Source of the DNA: Octopus sinensis
Lineage: Eukaryota
Direction of reading: 5' to 3'
DNA length: 64,000 bases
Assembly (NCBI RefSeq): GCF_006345805.1
Contig: NC_042997.1
Span: forward strand, 19,220,001 to 19,284,000
Translations under genes and position numbers: made by a program
Notes under the pieces: model-generated
The model's input: the letters and a program-made list of their open reading frames with translations, nothing else
The model's database searches: none
What the model was told of the DNA's origin: nothing
Part shown: positions 49,081 through 64,000 of the stretch, piece by piece
Numbering within the stretch: the stretch's first letter is position 1
How the letters are laid out: each line of letters starts with the position of its first letter

Positions 49081-49719
49081 ACATGATCATGCATACTGAC
49101 ACCTATGTGAACATGCACACACTCTCACACACATACAAACATGCACACGCAGACACACACACATCTTTATGTATACTGGTACTTTTATGTGCTAAGCTTT
49201 TGGGGGCACAAATGATTCTGTAGAAATTACAAAAGAAAAGTCTGTTTCATGCAGAATTCAGTTTCAGAATAGTAATAGTGCACTACTGTGAAGTATTGCA
49301 TTTAGTCTCTGGTATATCAAGAATTAAAGAAAGCCTAAATTTCTTCAAACAGGCTAGTAGAAGAAAATGCAGACGTTGCTTTTGCGATGTCCTTACTCTT
49401 AAGTAAACAACGTATAAAAAAATTCTGCTGACATAGCGTTAGACAGGTGACGTTATGATAGGAGAATTACATAACATAAGAAAAATTGCCTATAATATAA
49501 AAGACCCTAAATATTCTGACTGCCTGCACAATAAAAAATTTAGGGAATAAGCTGTGGGAAAATCAATGGGGGTCACTCGGCCAACTAAAAATAACAGCTA
49601 AATCTCCATCAATTCACAATCTTCTTTTGTATATATATGAAGAACATTGAGTACTAAAATCCTAGTTGTTCCACAACTGAAATGAAGGTGAGAATGTCAT
49701 GGCTTGAATATCTTTGGTC

Positions 49720-49985
49720 TTACTGGCACCTTTGCTGTTGGCATGTGTAAAAAATTTGAGCGAGGTCATTGCCAGTACCACCTGACTGGCCCTCGTGCTG
49801 GTGGCACATAAAAGCACCCACTACACTCTCTGAGTGGTTGGCATTAGGAAGGGCATCCAGCTGTAGAAACTCTGCCAGATCAAGACTGGAGCCTGGTGCA
49901 GCCATCTGGTTCGCCAGCCCACAGTCAAACAGTCTAACCCATGCTAGCATGGAAAGCGGACGTTAGACGATGACGATGATGATGG
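49720..49985 (+). mobile_element. RTE 3' UTR/tail copy
   Basis: Same tail motif ending GGACGTTAGACGATGACGATGATGAT. Confidence 0.85.
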
Positions 49986-51924
49986 GTTTGTGCCATTTAT
50001 AGTTGACCTTGCACTAAACAGCAGTTTGGGAGAGATCATGTATTCTCTCAATACATGTGTTGAAGTAAACAGCTTTTTTGATGATTTACAGATACCAATT
50101 CAAGATTTACTTAAAATCTCTTCTTTTCAAGAGTAATTGTGAGGAAAACCAAGACCAATTTTGAATGTGATTGTTGCTTATGAAGTCTGCTTACCTAAAG
50201 CATTCAAGCTGTATTAGGAAGAGACCAGATCATTTGTTCCTATCTAGAAATCTAAGTATATGAGTCTGCTATAATAGAAAGACTGATCAAACTGTTTCTT
50301 TGTTTACACATTTGGAAAGCAAGTTATTTCTCACCATTAAGGCCTCAACCTTTTCTCATTAAATATTCTTTGACCTTTTTTCAACAATTTGCTTATTGGT
50401 GCAACACAAAGCAAACTTGAACTGTCATGTCTTTGCCAACCAAAATACAGGAAATGTACTTTTATTTCTTTGAATTCTTTAAGAACAGCAATAGGTTAAA
50501 CTATAAATGCATACAAAATTTTATATGCATACTGAAAAGCTTCAACAAGTTGGAAAAAATTTCCCCCCCAAGATACTTAGTGTATAAAACTTTTATAACA
50601 AATTCTTTCTTCACAAATTCTTTAGTCAAACAATACTTTAATTATTGATGGTTCATTCATAGTCTAACTGGTTATTCTGTGAAATTTATATTGAGAAAGA
50701 TCTGGCCCCACTACAAACAAACACTTGCCTTCCTAGGTGACTTGAAGTTAGAACTAAGTTCATTTAAGCTGCCTTTGATTGTATTCAACTTCTGAAATGA
50801 ATTCTATTACGTGGTGAAAAACATTGTAAAAAGGGATGTGTAAAAGGAAAGAATTAGTCTTCTACAGGCAGTAACAGACTATTGTCTGGAGAAAGTAAAG
50901 TTGTAATTTACTTAATACCTTTCATTGTTCCTGGGAAATGTCTGCAGCTGATGACATTTATTTTGTCAGAAGAGCAATTAAGTCAATAGGTTCTCGCCAT
51001 TTACCACAACTATCTTTGTATTCATTATCACTTCTCTTCTCAAACACTACTATTTTTATCAATTTTCATTATCAGAATGCTCAGCTTCAGTTTTTTTTCT
51101 TCTTCATTATCATTTATTATAACGATCACCATCGATGAGAGTTGTTAAAGTAAGACTGTAAGTTATAAGTGAACAGAGTGAATGACCTAGATTTGATTCA
51201 AGTAGATATCTTTGCCATATACTACTTAGAACTTTGTGAAATGCAAGAACCACAGTAAAGCATCGTATTTTTCTTTTTGTTCTCTATCTTTTATCTTTTA
51301 TTTATTTTAGTCATTAGACTACAACTATGCCAAGGCATCACCTTGAAGAATTTTAGCTGAACGAATTAACCCCTGTATGTATGTATCTATATGTATGTGT
51401 GACTATGTGTGTGTGCGTGTGTGTGTGCATATGTGTGTGTCTTTAGGTATGGTATTTATTCTATTGATCTCTTTCGCTGAATTGCTAAGTTATGGGGATG
51501 TAAATACATCATCACTAGCTGTCAAGTGATGCTGAGGAACAAACACACTCACAAACACACACACACACAAACAGCACACATACAGATACACACACATATA
51601 TTTATATATATATTTATATGATGGCCTTCTTTCAGTTTCTGTTTACCAAATCCACTCACAAGCCTTTGTTTGAGCTGAAGCTTTTGTAAAAGACACTTGC
51701 TCAAGATGCCATGCACTGGGACTGAACTCAGAACCAGGTGGTTGGGAAGCATGAAAAGGTTTGATTGATAGTATCATTGGTTATTAACACAATGGTTTGT
51801 AGTACTTACTCCTAATGTTACCTTTCTGAACTCAAAACAAAAGCCAACTATTCTTTACTTTTTCCTGAAATTAATAGAGCACATATGCTTGTGATGCATG
51901 TGCCTGATGTAACCTCATCTTATT

Positions 51925-52150
51925 TCTTTACTGCCCACTTGTGGCTACACACAGAAGGGACAAACAAGGACAGACAAATGGATTAAGTCGATTATATCAA
52001 CCCCAGTGTGTAACTGGTACTTATTTAATCGACCTCGAAAGGATGAAAGGTAAAGTCGACCTCGGTAGAATTTGAACTCAGAACATAGCAGCAGACAAAA
52101 AAACCACTAAGCATTTTGCCCAGCATGCTAATGTTTCTGCCAGCTCGCCA
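51925..52150 (-). mobile_element. tRNA-derived SINE (9901 family)
   Basis: Aligns with 40577-40811. Confidence 0.85.
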
Positions 52151-53333
52151 TGTTGATGTACCCTCATCTGACGGGTGTTGATGATGGGTACACCGGGCTT
52201 CATATATTTGTACCCTAGTATCACTTTGACAATGTTGATACTCATGACGGCAGTAGCAATGGCATTGACAAATATGTAACACAGGATAGACTCAGTTCAA
52301 CTGGTCTATTCTAACTAGATGTAATTTAGCACATTGATTAAACATTTAAATCTATTTAGAATGTTAGTACAACATAAGTATCTGGTGGGAAGTGTATACA
52401 TGAACAAGTGACAAATATAAAGACACTCATATATTTCAATGAAATAAACATCAGTGAAGAACAACATGCTTACAGAAATCAACACACCAGTTAGTTCTAG
52501 ACTGTTCTAGACATCACTGAGAGATTTTAAGTATGAAAACATGTAACGCAAAACAACAACAATGATAACAAAAGCAATAACAACAACAATAACAGCAGCA
52601 ATAATAATAATAATGAACAAAGAAAGAAGTAAAACAATATATTTTGTTAGCTGTTTTGTTGTTGTTGCTGTTGTTTATATTCTTTATTTCACACACACAC
52701 ACACACATATATGTACATATATACATACATACATATATATATTTATGTATGTAAAACCGGCCTTATCTAACTTTATATATATATATATATTGTGTAAATG
52801 ATAAACGCATGTCTCATGATGGAGGAAGTGAGTTTAGAAAAAATATGAAGAATATCAATAAGTACATTTCAAGATAGATTGGTAGATATTTGATGTGTTT
52901 ATTTACCAATTTATTTTCACATAATTTATTTATTTATTCTTTCACGTGTTTTTTTAATTTCATTTTGGCTTTGTATAAGTTACACCAAGTATAATTCTGC
53001 TTTTTATTTGTATCTTTTGGCTATAATGTATCTTTAATCTCGAATTATCAATCTATCTAAATAAGGTGCTCTTTTCTTTTACCTCCCTAAATAAATTATA
53101 TATATATGTATATATATATACATACATACATACATACATACATACATACATACATACATACATACACATATGCAAGGTTATTTATATATTTGAAAGCATA
53201 CACAAATATAAATAAATGTGTGCAAATACATAACCACCATACAACCATCATTAACATTTGATATCTGTTTTCCTTGTTGGCATGGGTTGGATGGCTTGAT
53301 AGGATCCACCAAGCTGGAGGACTGCTTCAAGTG

Positions 53334-53383
<50 letters not shown>

Positions 53384-53799
53384 ATCTCACTTGGAAATGG
53401 ATGTGTGGTGTTCAATCAAATAATAATATAAATAATATATATACGCTTATATATATATATATATATTTTGGTACAGGATGTTACCAACAGTAAACAATGT
53501 TAAACAATGATGAATATATATATATATAATATATATATATATATATACATACAGGGTGTATTCCAGCTTTTTGAGAACAAAACTTTTAAACACTATAAGT
53601 CATCCAAACTTAAACTAATTAATCTCTCTCTCTCTCTTTTCCACCCTGCTATGAAAGCTTCAAATCTGATGCAAATGATAAAAAGTTTGATCTCATCACT
53701 TTCTCACCATTGATAGTGATTCTGAGATTGTAACTTTTTTAAATGTTGCTAGCTCCTTTGTGTCTCCTTTCAGAAAATAAATTCTGACTTATAGTGGAA

Positions 53800-54800
53800 A
53801 TATGTCTATCATAAATAATGAGTGGGGGTGTATTTCATCACCATCATCCCAATCTCCTCAAACCAACCCATTGAGACTCTGGATGTGTGACATGGAGCAT
53901 TATCTTGTTGAAAGATTACATTTTCTGGGATGTTATCATTCAAAATTTTAGCTAAGGAAGGTTGATAACTTGGTCTAACATGCTGGTGCAAGTGTTGGAA
54001 TTCATTCTGCCTTCACAAGATGACGTACAGCTGCAAATCCTTATGCTTCCTCCTCCAAATTTCACTGTTGGGACTACACACCCAGGACGATAAGCCTCCC
54101 CAACTCTGTGGTGAGCATAAACTGCTCCAGGAGTTCTAAAGATCGGAGGACAAAAAAAAATTGCTAATTATTTTTGGTATCCAATAGAAAATTTGTAGAA
54201 GAGTATTTCAATTATGCCTAGTAAAGCAATGAAAATGAATGTGAAGAACCTACACCAAAGTTACTTTCATTAAACCAAACCACTTAAGCCAAGTCATCAT
54301 CAGTTCTATCTTCATGCTCTTTTGCCCAAGACGATTGCTTCTTCATGTTCACCTCAGACAACAATGGCTTCTTTCTGGCCTTACATCCTTTGAGCCCAGC
54401 TTCTAATAACCTTCTTCTCACCATGCGAGTTGAGTTGATATTTCCTTGTTTGTTGCCAACCAAAACTCAGCAGCTACGTCAGAAGAGGTCCTTTTCCTTT
54501 CTGCCAGAGATCTCCTCTTAAGTAACCTGTCTTCCTTTGCGGTTGTACACTTTTTACAACTTCATCCTTTACAGTTTTTGAAAGAATTGATCTGATTGTA
54601 CCTTTTGATGGACATCTTTTCTCAAGCATTTCAATTTTCTTGCAATTTCAACTTGGAAGAAACATTCACTGGATAATGCAATGATTTGAGCAGTTTGAGC
54701 CTCAGGACTCGATTTCTTCCAAGGCATTTTCACCAAATATTAACTACTGATAAGTTATCAATAAGGTATTCACTGATTAATATAAGAAAAAAATGTGTCA
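53800..54800 (-). mobile_element. Degenerate Tc1-family transposon
   Basis: STRMVRRRLLEAGLKGCKARKKPLLSE...WAKEH...VVWFNESNF and IFQQDNAPCHTSR; N-terminal ATGCCTTGGAAG near 54725. Ends approximate. Confidence 0.8.
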
Positions 54801-54959
54801 CACAATGTGTGGTAGATAACTGACCCAGCCACTTGCCCCAACTTAGTTTCAAATATGCAAAAATACATAAACGTGGTTACAAAAGTGAAAGGAGGACACA
54901 TCAAATACTAGTTATTGATGGGATAGACTCTTGAATGCTTATTAGACTGTTTTCAGTTA

Positions 54960-55340
54960 TTAAAAACACTGTGTTTCTATTATATTTGCTATTTTGTCAT
55001 ATCTGCTCCATAATTTTGTTCATATTTGTCTCACCAGGTATTTTCAATATCTCATTGACTACAGTTTTCCCTGCTATTGGTTTCAATGGCTGGTACCTCT
55101 CTTCAGTCTACTTTCCAAGCAGTCTCCTCATTCAACAGCTTCCTGAAATAGTACTTTCAAGCCTCCTTTTTAACATCAATAAGAGCTAGTGTATTGCTAT
55201 CATTCTGTACACACTTCTCCCCAACAACATCTCGATTTCTCTCGTCTACTGCTCTACAATCCGTAATGCCTCATACTTCTTATTTTCACATTGCAGAATA
55301 GACAAACCTCTCACTTTTGCTTCTACCCCTGCTAAATATC
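54960..55340 (-). mobile_element. Degenerate RTE LINE internal fragment (endonuclease-RT linker)
   Basis: RDVVGEKCVQND...KKEA.KYYFRKLLNEETAW. Confidence 0.65.
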
Positions 55341-56235
55341 CCTGACACTCCCCTTTCAGTTATTAAGTAAATGAATTTGAATCATATTCTTTATTTTTTT
55401 ATACCTGTTCCATAATCTTGACCAAGGCTGTATATATATATATATATGTATGTACGCTAAACTAGTAGATCTAACAGTATCCACTAGCTTAGTATACCTG
55501 TAAATTAGAAAATTATAAATGTTAGTGTTTTGAAATTCAAGTATGACCCCAGGAGGAATGGAAAAGAATATGAAGGAACGTAAATACATACTGTACGTTT
55601 ATTAGTCTGGTGTTCTGTAGTTTTTACTGCTCACTACCTTTATTGCCTGAACAATAAGTTTATATTAAACAACTACATTTTCATTCTAACTGACATATCT
55701 ATTTTGTTTCATTTCTTTATTTTACAACAAAATGATGGTTCATTCTACATAATTCATTTTTAGTTTGGTCAGTTTTCAGCAGTAGACACTTTAGCTCTGT
55801 TTTTGAAAGTAACCTGTCATTTTGTCTCAGTTTATGAATGTTAACTAGCTCATACACAAAATTTATTATGAACTTCTGGTTTCAAATGTCAGAAGCAAAA
55901 CATTAATTACTTTCATTTTTTTCTCTTTTTGTCAGTAAATTTTCTTTATTGCAGGTTTTTATTATTTTTGTAATAATTTTTAGTGTCTCCTTCCATATCT
56001 TTGAAAAGTTTTCGATAGCATGTGAGTCATTAACTGTAACAGTCTGTTGAAATATATGCACAGTAAGTTTGATCTCCTTCCTTGAGATGACACTTTAAAA
56101 AGTGTCACAGAAAGGATTTTTATTATTTCAGGAACATTTTATTTATGAAATACACTTGAAGACTAACAGTTTGTTCTCCCTCAAAGAAGTAAGTTTTTCA
56201 CAGCACACACATACACACACAGAGTAAATAGTTAG

Positions 56236-56267
<32 letters not shown>

Positions 56268-56269
<2 letters not shown>

Positions 56270-56400
56270 ATGGAGAGTGATGAAAAGTTCCTGGCTTTAA
56301 GGGTAATGCAAAAGGTCTGGTTGGAGGCCCAACCTTTCAAGTTCTTTTACAGAGCTTAGAAAAGCTGAAGGACTGCAGCAATAAGTGTGTGAATCTGAGA
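56268..56400. mobile_element. Mariner-like terminal remnant
   Basis: TATGGAGAGTGATGAAAAGTTCCTGGCTT resembles a mariner TIR. Confidence 0.45.
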
Positions 56401-57012
56401 AAACTGAAAGGGGACAGAATAAAATGTGATAGAGGAAAAAGTGGGACATGGAAAGGGTGAGATAACACAAAAGAAACAGTGAAAGCTACATGTTAGTTGC
56501 TGATAAAGATGCTGAGTAGAGAAATAGTATGGGTAACCTGATTGGGGTGGGGGTGGGGGTCACAATAAAGATTAGGGGGAAAGCTAGAAATGGATGATGA
56601 TAAGTAAGAGTGGTAGAAGTTGATGAAGAGTGACAGAGAAGACAGAATAAGGGAGTGAGAGTGTGGGAGAAGGAACAAGTGAGAGAGATAAGAGAAAGAG
56701 AATGGAAGAGAGTAAGAAAGAAAGAAAGAAAAAATAGATAGATTGATAGAGAGGTTGAGAGAGGGAGAAGGAGAGAGAGAAAAGGTGATAAGCAGTAGTG
56801 TTAAGGCATAGGGTACTGAAGACAAAGGGATCCAATGCCTCTATCTTTACACAGGCATTCTTATCAATGAAAAGTGGAATGACTGAAAGTGATACTAGAA
56901 GAAAAATGGAACGGGGGGGGGGAAGGTTAATGGGGAAGAGGACTGCAGACAGATCAAATGCCTTACCCTATTCCTCAGGCAACATGGTCAGTGCAAAGGA
57001 GACTGATAGAAA

Positions 57013-58283
57013 AGTGGCAAGCTGGCAGAAATGTTAGCGCACCAGGTGAAATGCTTAGCGGTATTTTGTCTGTCATTACGTTCTGAGTTCAAATTCTGCC
57101 AAAGTTGACTTTGCCTTTCATCTTTTCAGGGTCGATAAATTAAGCACCAATTGCATACTGGGGTCGATCTAATCGACTGGTCTCCAGGTCTTAACATTTT
57201 CAGGCCTCGTGCCTAGAGTAGAGAAGGAGAATGTTAGATGAAAGGGTAATAAAGAGGGCAGTAGGTGAAGACTTATTGGAATTATAATGAGTGAAAAACC
57301 CTATGATATATTATGCATCCTGTCATTCATCACCACCACAATTTCAATGGTCATTTTCCCATTATTGCACCAGTAGATACGCCTCCAGTACTGCATGTTG
57401 ACCCTCACGATTCTTTGTCATCTTTGTGAGGTTCAGAATTTTCTGATCGTTTTTTATTACATCTCATGTTTATCCAAGGTCACTTTCGTCCATTTAAAGC
57501 ACTTTGTTTGATTGACATTCTCTATACGTACCCCATGTTCACTCCAGGGCAGTTAACATTCTTCCTTTCAATAGCAACAAATTCTTCTTATACCCAGCTT
57601 TTCTCTTTGCTCATTTGTATCCCATCAGAAAGAGGTAGAGAGAGAGAGAGAGAGAGAGAGAAATAATTCTTTCTACTACAGGCACAGGGCCCAAAATTTT
57701 GGGGTAGGGGGTCAATCAATTAGACTGATCCCAGTATGCAACTGGTAATTAATTTACCGACCTCCAAAAGAATGAAAGGCAAAGTTAACCGTGGCAGAAT
57801 TTGAACTCAGAATGTAGCGATGGCTGAAATACTACAAAGCATTTTGTCCAGTATGCTAACAATTCTGCCAACTCACCATCTTAGAAAGAAATAATGAGAC
57901 AAATACTGCTCTAAAAAATATTATTTCCATGTTTTGTTTCATAGGTTGGTTAAGAGAAAAGATTGAAATGAGGATCTGATTGAGTTGGTTTTGTTCATGA
58001 TAAATATTTGTTATATCTACGTGGTTTCCTTAGTTCTGTCAAACATTATACCTGCATATGCTTCAAGTTTAGTCTTTGTGTAATTAGTTTTTACTTTTAC
58101 ACTCTATTTGTAGAGTAAAAGTTATTTAGATGTGGTGTAATTTTAGTTTCTGGGTGGCAAGAATCTTTTCTACACTAGGCACAAGGCACGAAATTTTGCG
58201 GAAAAGGACCATTCGATTAGATTGACCCCAGTATACAACTGGTACTTAATTCATCGACCCCAAAAGGATGAAAGGCAAATGCT
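57013..58283. mobile_element. Three tRNA-derived SINE copies: 57013-57228 (+), 57665-57881 (-), 58163-58283 (-, truncated)
   Basis: Head, central domain and AGGCACAAGG tail are recognisable in each. Confidence 0.85.
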
Positions 58284-59059
58284 TGTTGTCTCCTATTTTT
58301 CACGACTCTAGTCTAACTGACTTAATACCATTATTTCACTAGACTGAAGAGGAGATATAGTACTTAATATGAATAAATATATGAAGAAAGGAGATGATCC
58401 AAAGTTTTAAACCTTCACATTTCTATTCTTTGCTAAAGAACCTGACCTCAAAAGCATTAGAATTTTGTGGTAACCACATTTTCAATCAGATAACTTTTTG
58501 TGATGTAAAACTTTCACTGGTTTTCTCTAATTCTCTATCTAACTTATTTCATATAATTATTTTGTTTTTGGATTCTGTTTCAGTTTCAGGTAATTTAGAT
58601 AAATTTTTCTTTCTTACTTATAACATAGAGATTTTTTCTTAGTTTCTTGGTTTTTCGTTGGGTTTGGACTCATTAATTTAATTTTTCTTCTAATCAGTAC
58701 TGGAAAGTATCCAAATTATAAGGAAAAGATTGAACTACATAATGTTTTATTCATTTTTGCTATCTTTAGAATTATATTACTGAGTTTAAATTCATTCAGA
58801 AAGTAACTTTTTTGAATTACCTACCTTAGGCAGTAACTGATGTCATCTTCCATTGTTTCAAACGTCTATACAGGAACAATTACGAAAACATTCAAGCACA
58901 CTAAATACATTATATTGTTGCAGATTTTTTCGCTTTTTTGAAATTTCACAATAAATACCCTGGTCTCTCACACACGTTTTGTTCTGTCTTTCAGATTGAA
59001 AAACTTACCTATCAATTGGTAGTGACTTCCTTGCATGGACACAGCATGAAATTAATATG

Positions 59060-59874
<815 letters not shown>

Positions 59875-60404
59875 CAAAGAAATTATTTTATTAATTTTTT
59901 CAGTAAGCACAAAGCAAGAAAACAAACTGTAAAACAAACATTTTCCATTATTCTGGCAAGATTTGAATCTCAAGTACTTGACAATTTAAAAAGCAAATAT
60001 AAACACTAGACTTCCAAATCTCTATAATTTTGTGAAGAATTTAGTTAGACTATCTCGCTGCTACATAATTTTCTCTACAATTGAGCTGCATACACAAAAA
60101 TCTCAATGTTAATGTTCTATGTTCTGTTACATAATGTCTAAGTTAATAGATATTTTCTCTGTATTCTTCTGACACCCATATTCTTCACAGTTTACCATAT
60201 AGTTTTACGAACTCCCTATATTCTTAGGCGTTTCTGTTATATTTCGATATTTTACACTCTATTGATTACCGAACCAAATTGTTCTGCTCTTATAACACAT
60301 TTTGCAATAAATTTCCAAAAACTATTTCTACTGCAGTTCCTTCTGAAAAGTTTTATGGCTCTAGTCTATCTCTAAAGCAAATTTTGTTGCTGCAAACTTT
60401 ATGA

Positions 60405-60840
60405 AAGAACTACTACTACTACCACCACTACTACCAAAACCACCAATACTATTACTATTTGCAATAACAATAGCAATTATTATTTTAATAACATTTTTGT
60501 TATCGTTGGTATAAGCACTAAAACAGAATGCTACAAGTAGTAGTAGTTAACCCAATTGGTAGTAGTGGTAGTGTTATTTCTGTTTATAGTTTAGTAAATA
60601 TGCATGTTTAGGTAAACATATTTACTTAATAATCTAACTATATCATAAGCCGTTGTCGTCATCATCATCATCACCACCACTGCCGCCGCCACCGCCACCA
60701 TTATTACCACCATCATCATTGTTAACATCATCAACAACACTGCCATCACCACCACCATCCTGCTGCCATCCTCCTCCTCCTCCTTATCATCATCAGTTGC
60801 AAGCAATAGTAGTAGTAGTAGTAGCAGCAGCAGCAGTAAT
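60405..60840. repeat. Trinucleotide low-complexity blocks (ACT/ACC/CAT/GCC/AGT)
   Basis: Read directly. Confidence 0.85.
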
Positions 60841-61437
60841 GTTCGCAAATAATAGGGCAATATGTGTTTCCTAGCATTAACCTACAATAATTGCAATTCT
60901 ATAATATAGAGAAATAATTGCTGTTTTTTTGTTTTTGTTTCTTTTTTTGTTTTTATTACTTTATATTTTCTATTTACACTTTTGGATTGTTCTCTAATTA
61001 TTCTAACAAAATTGTTTTATGTTTTCATTCTACTTCAAGTCTTATTGATTGGCATTGTTTAGTTTTCTAAGTATTTTTATTCTGACTGTCATTGCACTAG
61101 AATAATAATTATATACCTGTTGTTTTTGTAGCTTGCTTCTCTTCTACTATCTTTTCATTCACTTATTTCTTCTTCTGTGTATATAACAAGGTTTTGTTTA
61201 CTTTGTTAATTGCAGCCCATTCTTATATCCCTAAGCCAAGCTATGACAAACTGCAGGGTGGCTGTATATATATTTGTGTGTGTGTGTATGTGCATGAATT
61301 ATATACATACCCATTTTTATTAAACATAATTTTACTGTATATGCTGTTTGTATGTATGTGTATATATAAATATAAGTTTACATTCGTGTGTGTATAACCC
61401 CAATATATATATATATATACAAATATATACACATGTT

Positions 61438-61476
<39 letters not shown>

Positions 61477-64000
61477 GTGTGTATGTACGTACATATGTAT
61501 GAAAGAATTATTCAGAAATTCTGACATTTAGAAGAAATGTGAAGTATTATTTTCTAATAGCTGCAATTTCTCCACACAAATATCTTAATCAACACCAATA
61601 CTTCATCCTCAAGTACTAACATAAGTCTTCCATCATCATTATCATCATTATCATCACATAACTAATGCTACATGTATAAATCATTAAAGTAAGTAGATAT
61701 ATAACAATGAAATTGAAATTCCCTATGGTAAGTACTTTATTAAAATCAAGTCAACCATCCTATTAGTTTCGTCCAAAAATGAACTAACACTATCAAGTAA
61801 GTTAAATGGTAATATCTTCACTGATACTAAAGGAAGCTCTGCTCTAAAACTGTCATGGCTGCAATTGGCTAATTACTATGTTTGAACAATAACTGGATAG
61901 TTAATGTGCTGGATTACCAGCTCATAATTTCAGATCTTATTCTCAAATTTCTGAGGACTATCCAACTTATACATGGAAAACTGCCATTGCTGTGACTAAT
62001 ATCATATTATGTTCTACCTGGATATATTAATAAGAGTCTGGAATTCATTGATTATTCCATCAGTATCAACCTGGAATTTTATTGGTGAATATTTCCTGAG
62101 AATAGAATTATTATGGCTTTAAATGTTTCTATATTATTTCAATAAAACTTTTCCTTATTCACTTCTCTTAGTTTCTTCAATAGTTTCCAGAAAACTGCAT
62201 TAGGGATTGAAGCATTTTTTTCTGTTTTTACCATTTTCAATGTTGTTTAGCCCCAAGGTCAGTTATTATTTAGCAACCCGGTTTTGAAATACATTCCTGC
62301 AGTGTTTATCCTGTCTCTTTTGTAAATCTAGTCTACATTAGTTCTTATCCATTTCCATTTATATTACAATTTGACTGGCATTTCTAGAAAATGCAGTCTC
62401 CATATAAAGAATATAAAAAGTAATACCCAACATCCGAGTAGGTCTATAACCCATCAATCCAGAAGTTCCCTTCTGTTTGTTTTTTAGGTAGATCCACCAG
62501 CCATCACCAGATTGCCATGCCTGTTGTGACTTCAACATAATACTCATGTTTACTAGCTGTGTGGACCAGAGCAACATGCTGGAGCAAAGATGGCAAATAG
62601 CCAGTGAAATCATGATGGTGATGAAGGATGGGATGCATGACTTTCTAACCTGTAAGCAAAGTGCCCCCACCATATAGTGAATATCTCTGCCAGATTTGTG
62701 AATTTTTTTTTTTTTTTGATTGGTTGATTATAACAATATCTTTTGTGTTGGTTCCTGAATTGTACTATGTCTCAGAATACGATAAGATGTTTATAAGATG
62801 AGGACGAATGAATATTCCTACAAAGATCTCAGCAATAAATGTCAGAACATATTTCCCCGCCCAATGGCACATTAACTTATAAATTTTATTATAGTTCTAT
62901 TGTCTGTGGGCATGTGTGTGTGTGGGTGTGCATGTCTGCATGTGTGTGTAGATTACTTTGCTGTGCCAGACCATTATTAGTCGTTTTTACATACATTAAT
63001 TTGAGCTACAAGCTGTTTAGTCTAGCCTATCTATTCTTAAAGTCACTAAAAAGACATCTTGGGCAGAATCAAATTCTAAAAATTGTATAACCTTAGTAAA
63101 TGTTTGCTTACCTTATTCAACATTTTCCCCAAAATTGCTTGCTAAGTAAATTCAACTTTGCCTTCAATCCTTCCAGAGTCAATGATATAAAGTAGCAGAG
63201 AAGAAATGGGATCAATTTAATCAACTGATAGTGGTATCTCACAGGTTTCTTCAAGCAAAATACACAAAGCAAAGCTGAGTGCCTTGAATTAATATTCTTA
63301 GTAATATTTGCGTTTTAGGGAGTGCCAAGGGAGTAAACCTCAAAAGTTGCAGTATTCTTATGAAGGTCATCCCTAGATTTTATTAATAGAAGTCAAAACA
63401 ATGGATAATTCCATATAAATTTTGCAAATTCTTTAAGTAATGGCATATGTGGAATGTCAGCTATTGTGATCATTGCATACCAACTGAAGAAGTATATTAT
63501 TAAGAAGGTAGAATGAACTAAAAATTCTCAGTATTTTTACGTAGGCACTGCTTATTAACAATGAAAAAGTAGAAAATAAATAACGAAAGTTTCACTGAAG
63601 CTAATATGTATTTTGGCCACTATTCAGAGGGGAAATCGGAAAACAACAATCAGACTGTGAATTTATTCATATGAAAGTTCTCATATCAATTTTATAAAAC
63701 AATACTTTAATCTTCCACTCTCTAAGGCAAAGAACAAGAGCCCAGGCCATAAGACTTTTTCCTTCCTATAACTACAGAACTTATGAAACTCTTCTAGTAA
63801 TTGTCTTACAGATGAATTATTGCTAATGCATACAATCAATAGTTTCTTCAGCTTTCAGATTTTACCTTTTAATATTCAAGATTTTTAGTTTCATTTCTGA
63901 TCATATTATCCACTTATATTATTCATTTTTGTTTAAGTTGCTTGCAAAATGGAGCTGCTTTAATCTGATTTCCCAGTATAATATCATTTTCCTATGGCTT

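Noticed and set aside
62492-62651. Exon-like segment with strong acceptor and GTAAGC donor (IHQPSPDC...DGMHDFLT)
   Set aside because: Part of it (CTAGCTGTGTGGACCAGAGCAACATG) resembles the SINE body at ~14385-14410, and no homology was recognised. It is not excluded but is unsupported.

Overview
This window is AT-rich, repeat-dominated animal genomic DNA. The SINE and RTE families plus the dense (TA)n/(CA)n/trinucleotide microsatellites suggest an octopus (inference from recognised repeat families). I cannot identify any host gene with confidence; only a few weak candidate exons were seen, and almost all ORFs in the supplied track are microsatellite artefacts. Recognisable content is transposon debris: RTE, CR1/L2-group, L1/Tx1-like and R4/Dong-like LINE fragments; two Penelope-like (PLE) ORF fragments; Tc1, mariner and maT (DD37D) DNA transposons; three non-autonomous Helitrons with intact termini; many tRNA-derived SINEs, several with target-site duplications; and several foldback elements. 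The most notable signal is six minimal type-I hammerhead ribozyme motifs from five unrelated small elements. Two lie head-to-head in a 300 bp palindrome, one has a covarying U3-A8 core, one has an A6U core, and one sits downstream of a tRNA-derived Pol III head in a SINE-like element whose inverted tail copy begins at the predicted cleavage site. PLE-associated minimal hammerheads are a known class, so any novelty lies in these particular families and architectures. All alignments and folds were done by eye.
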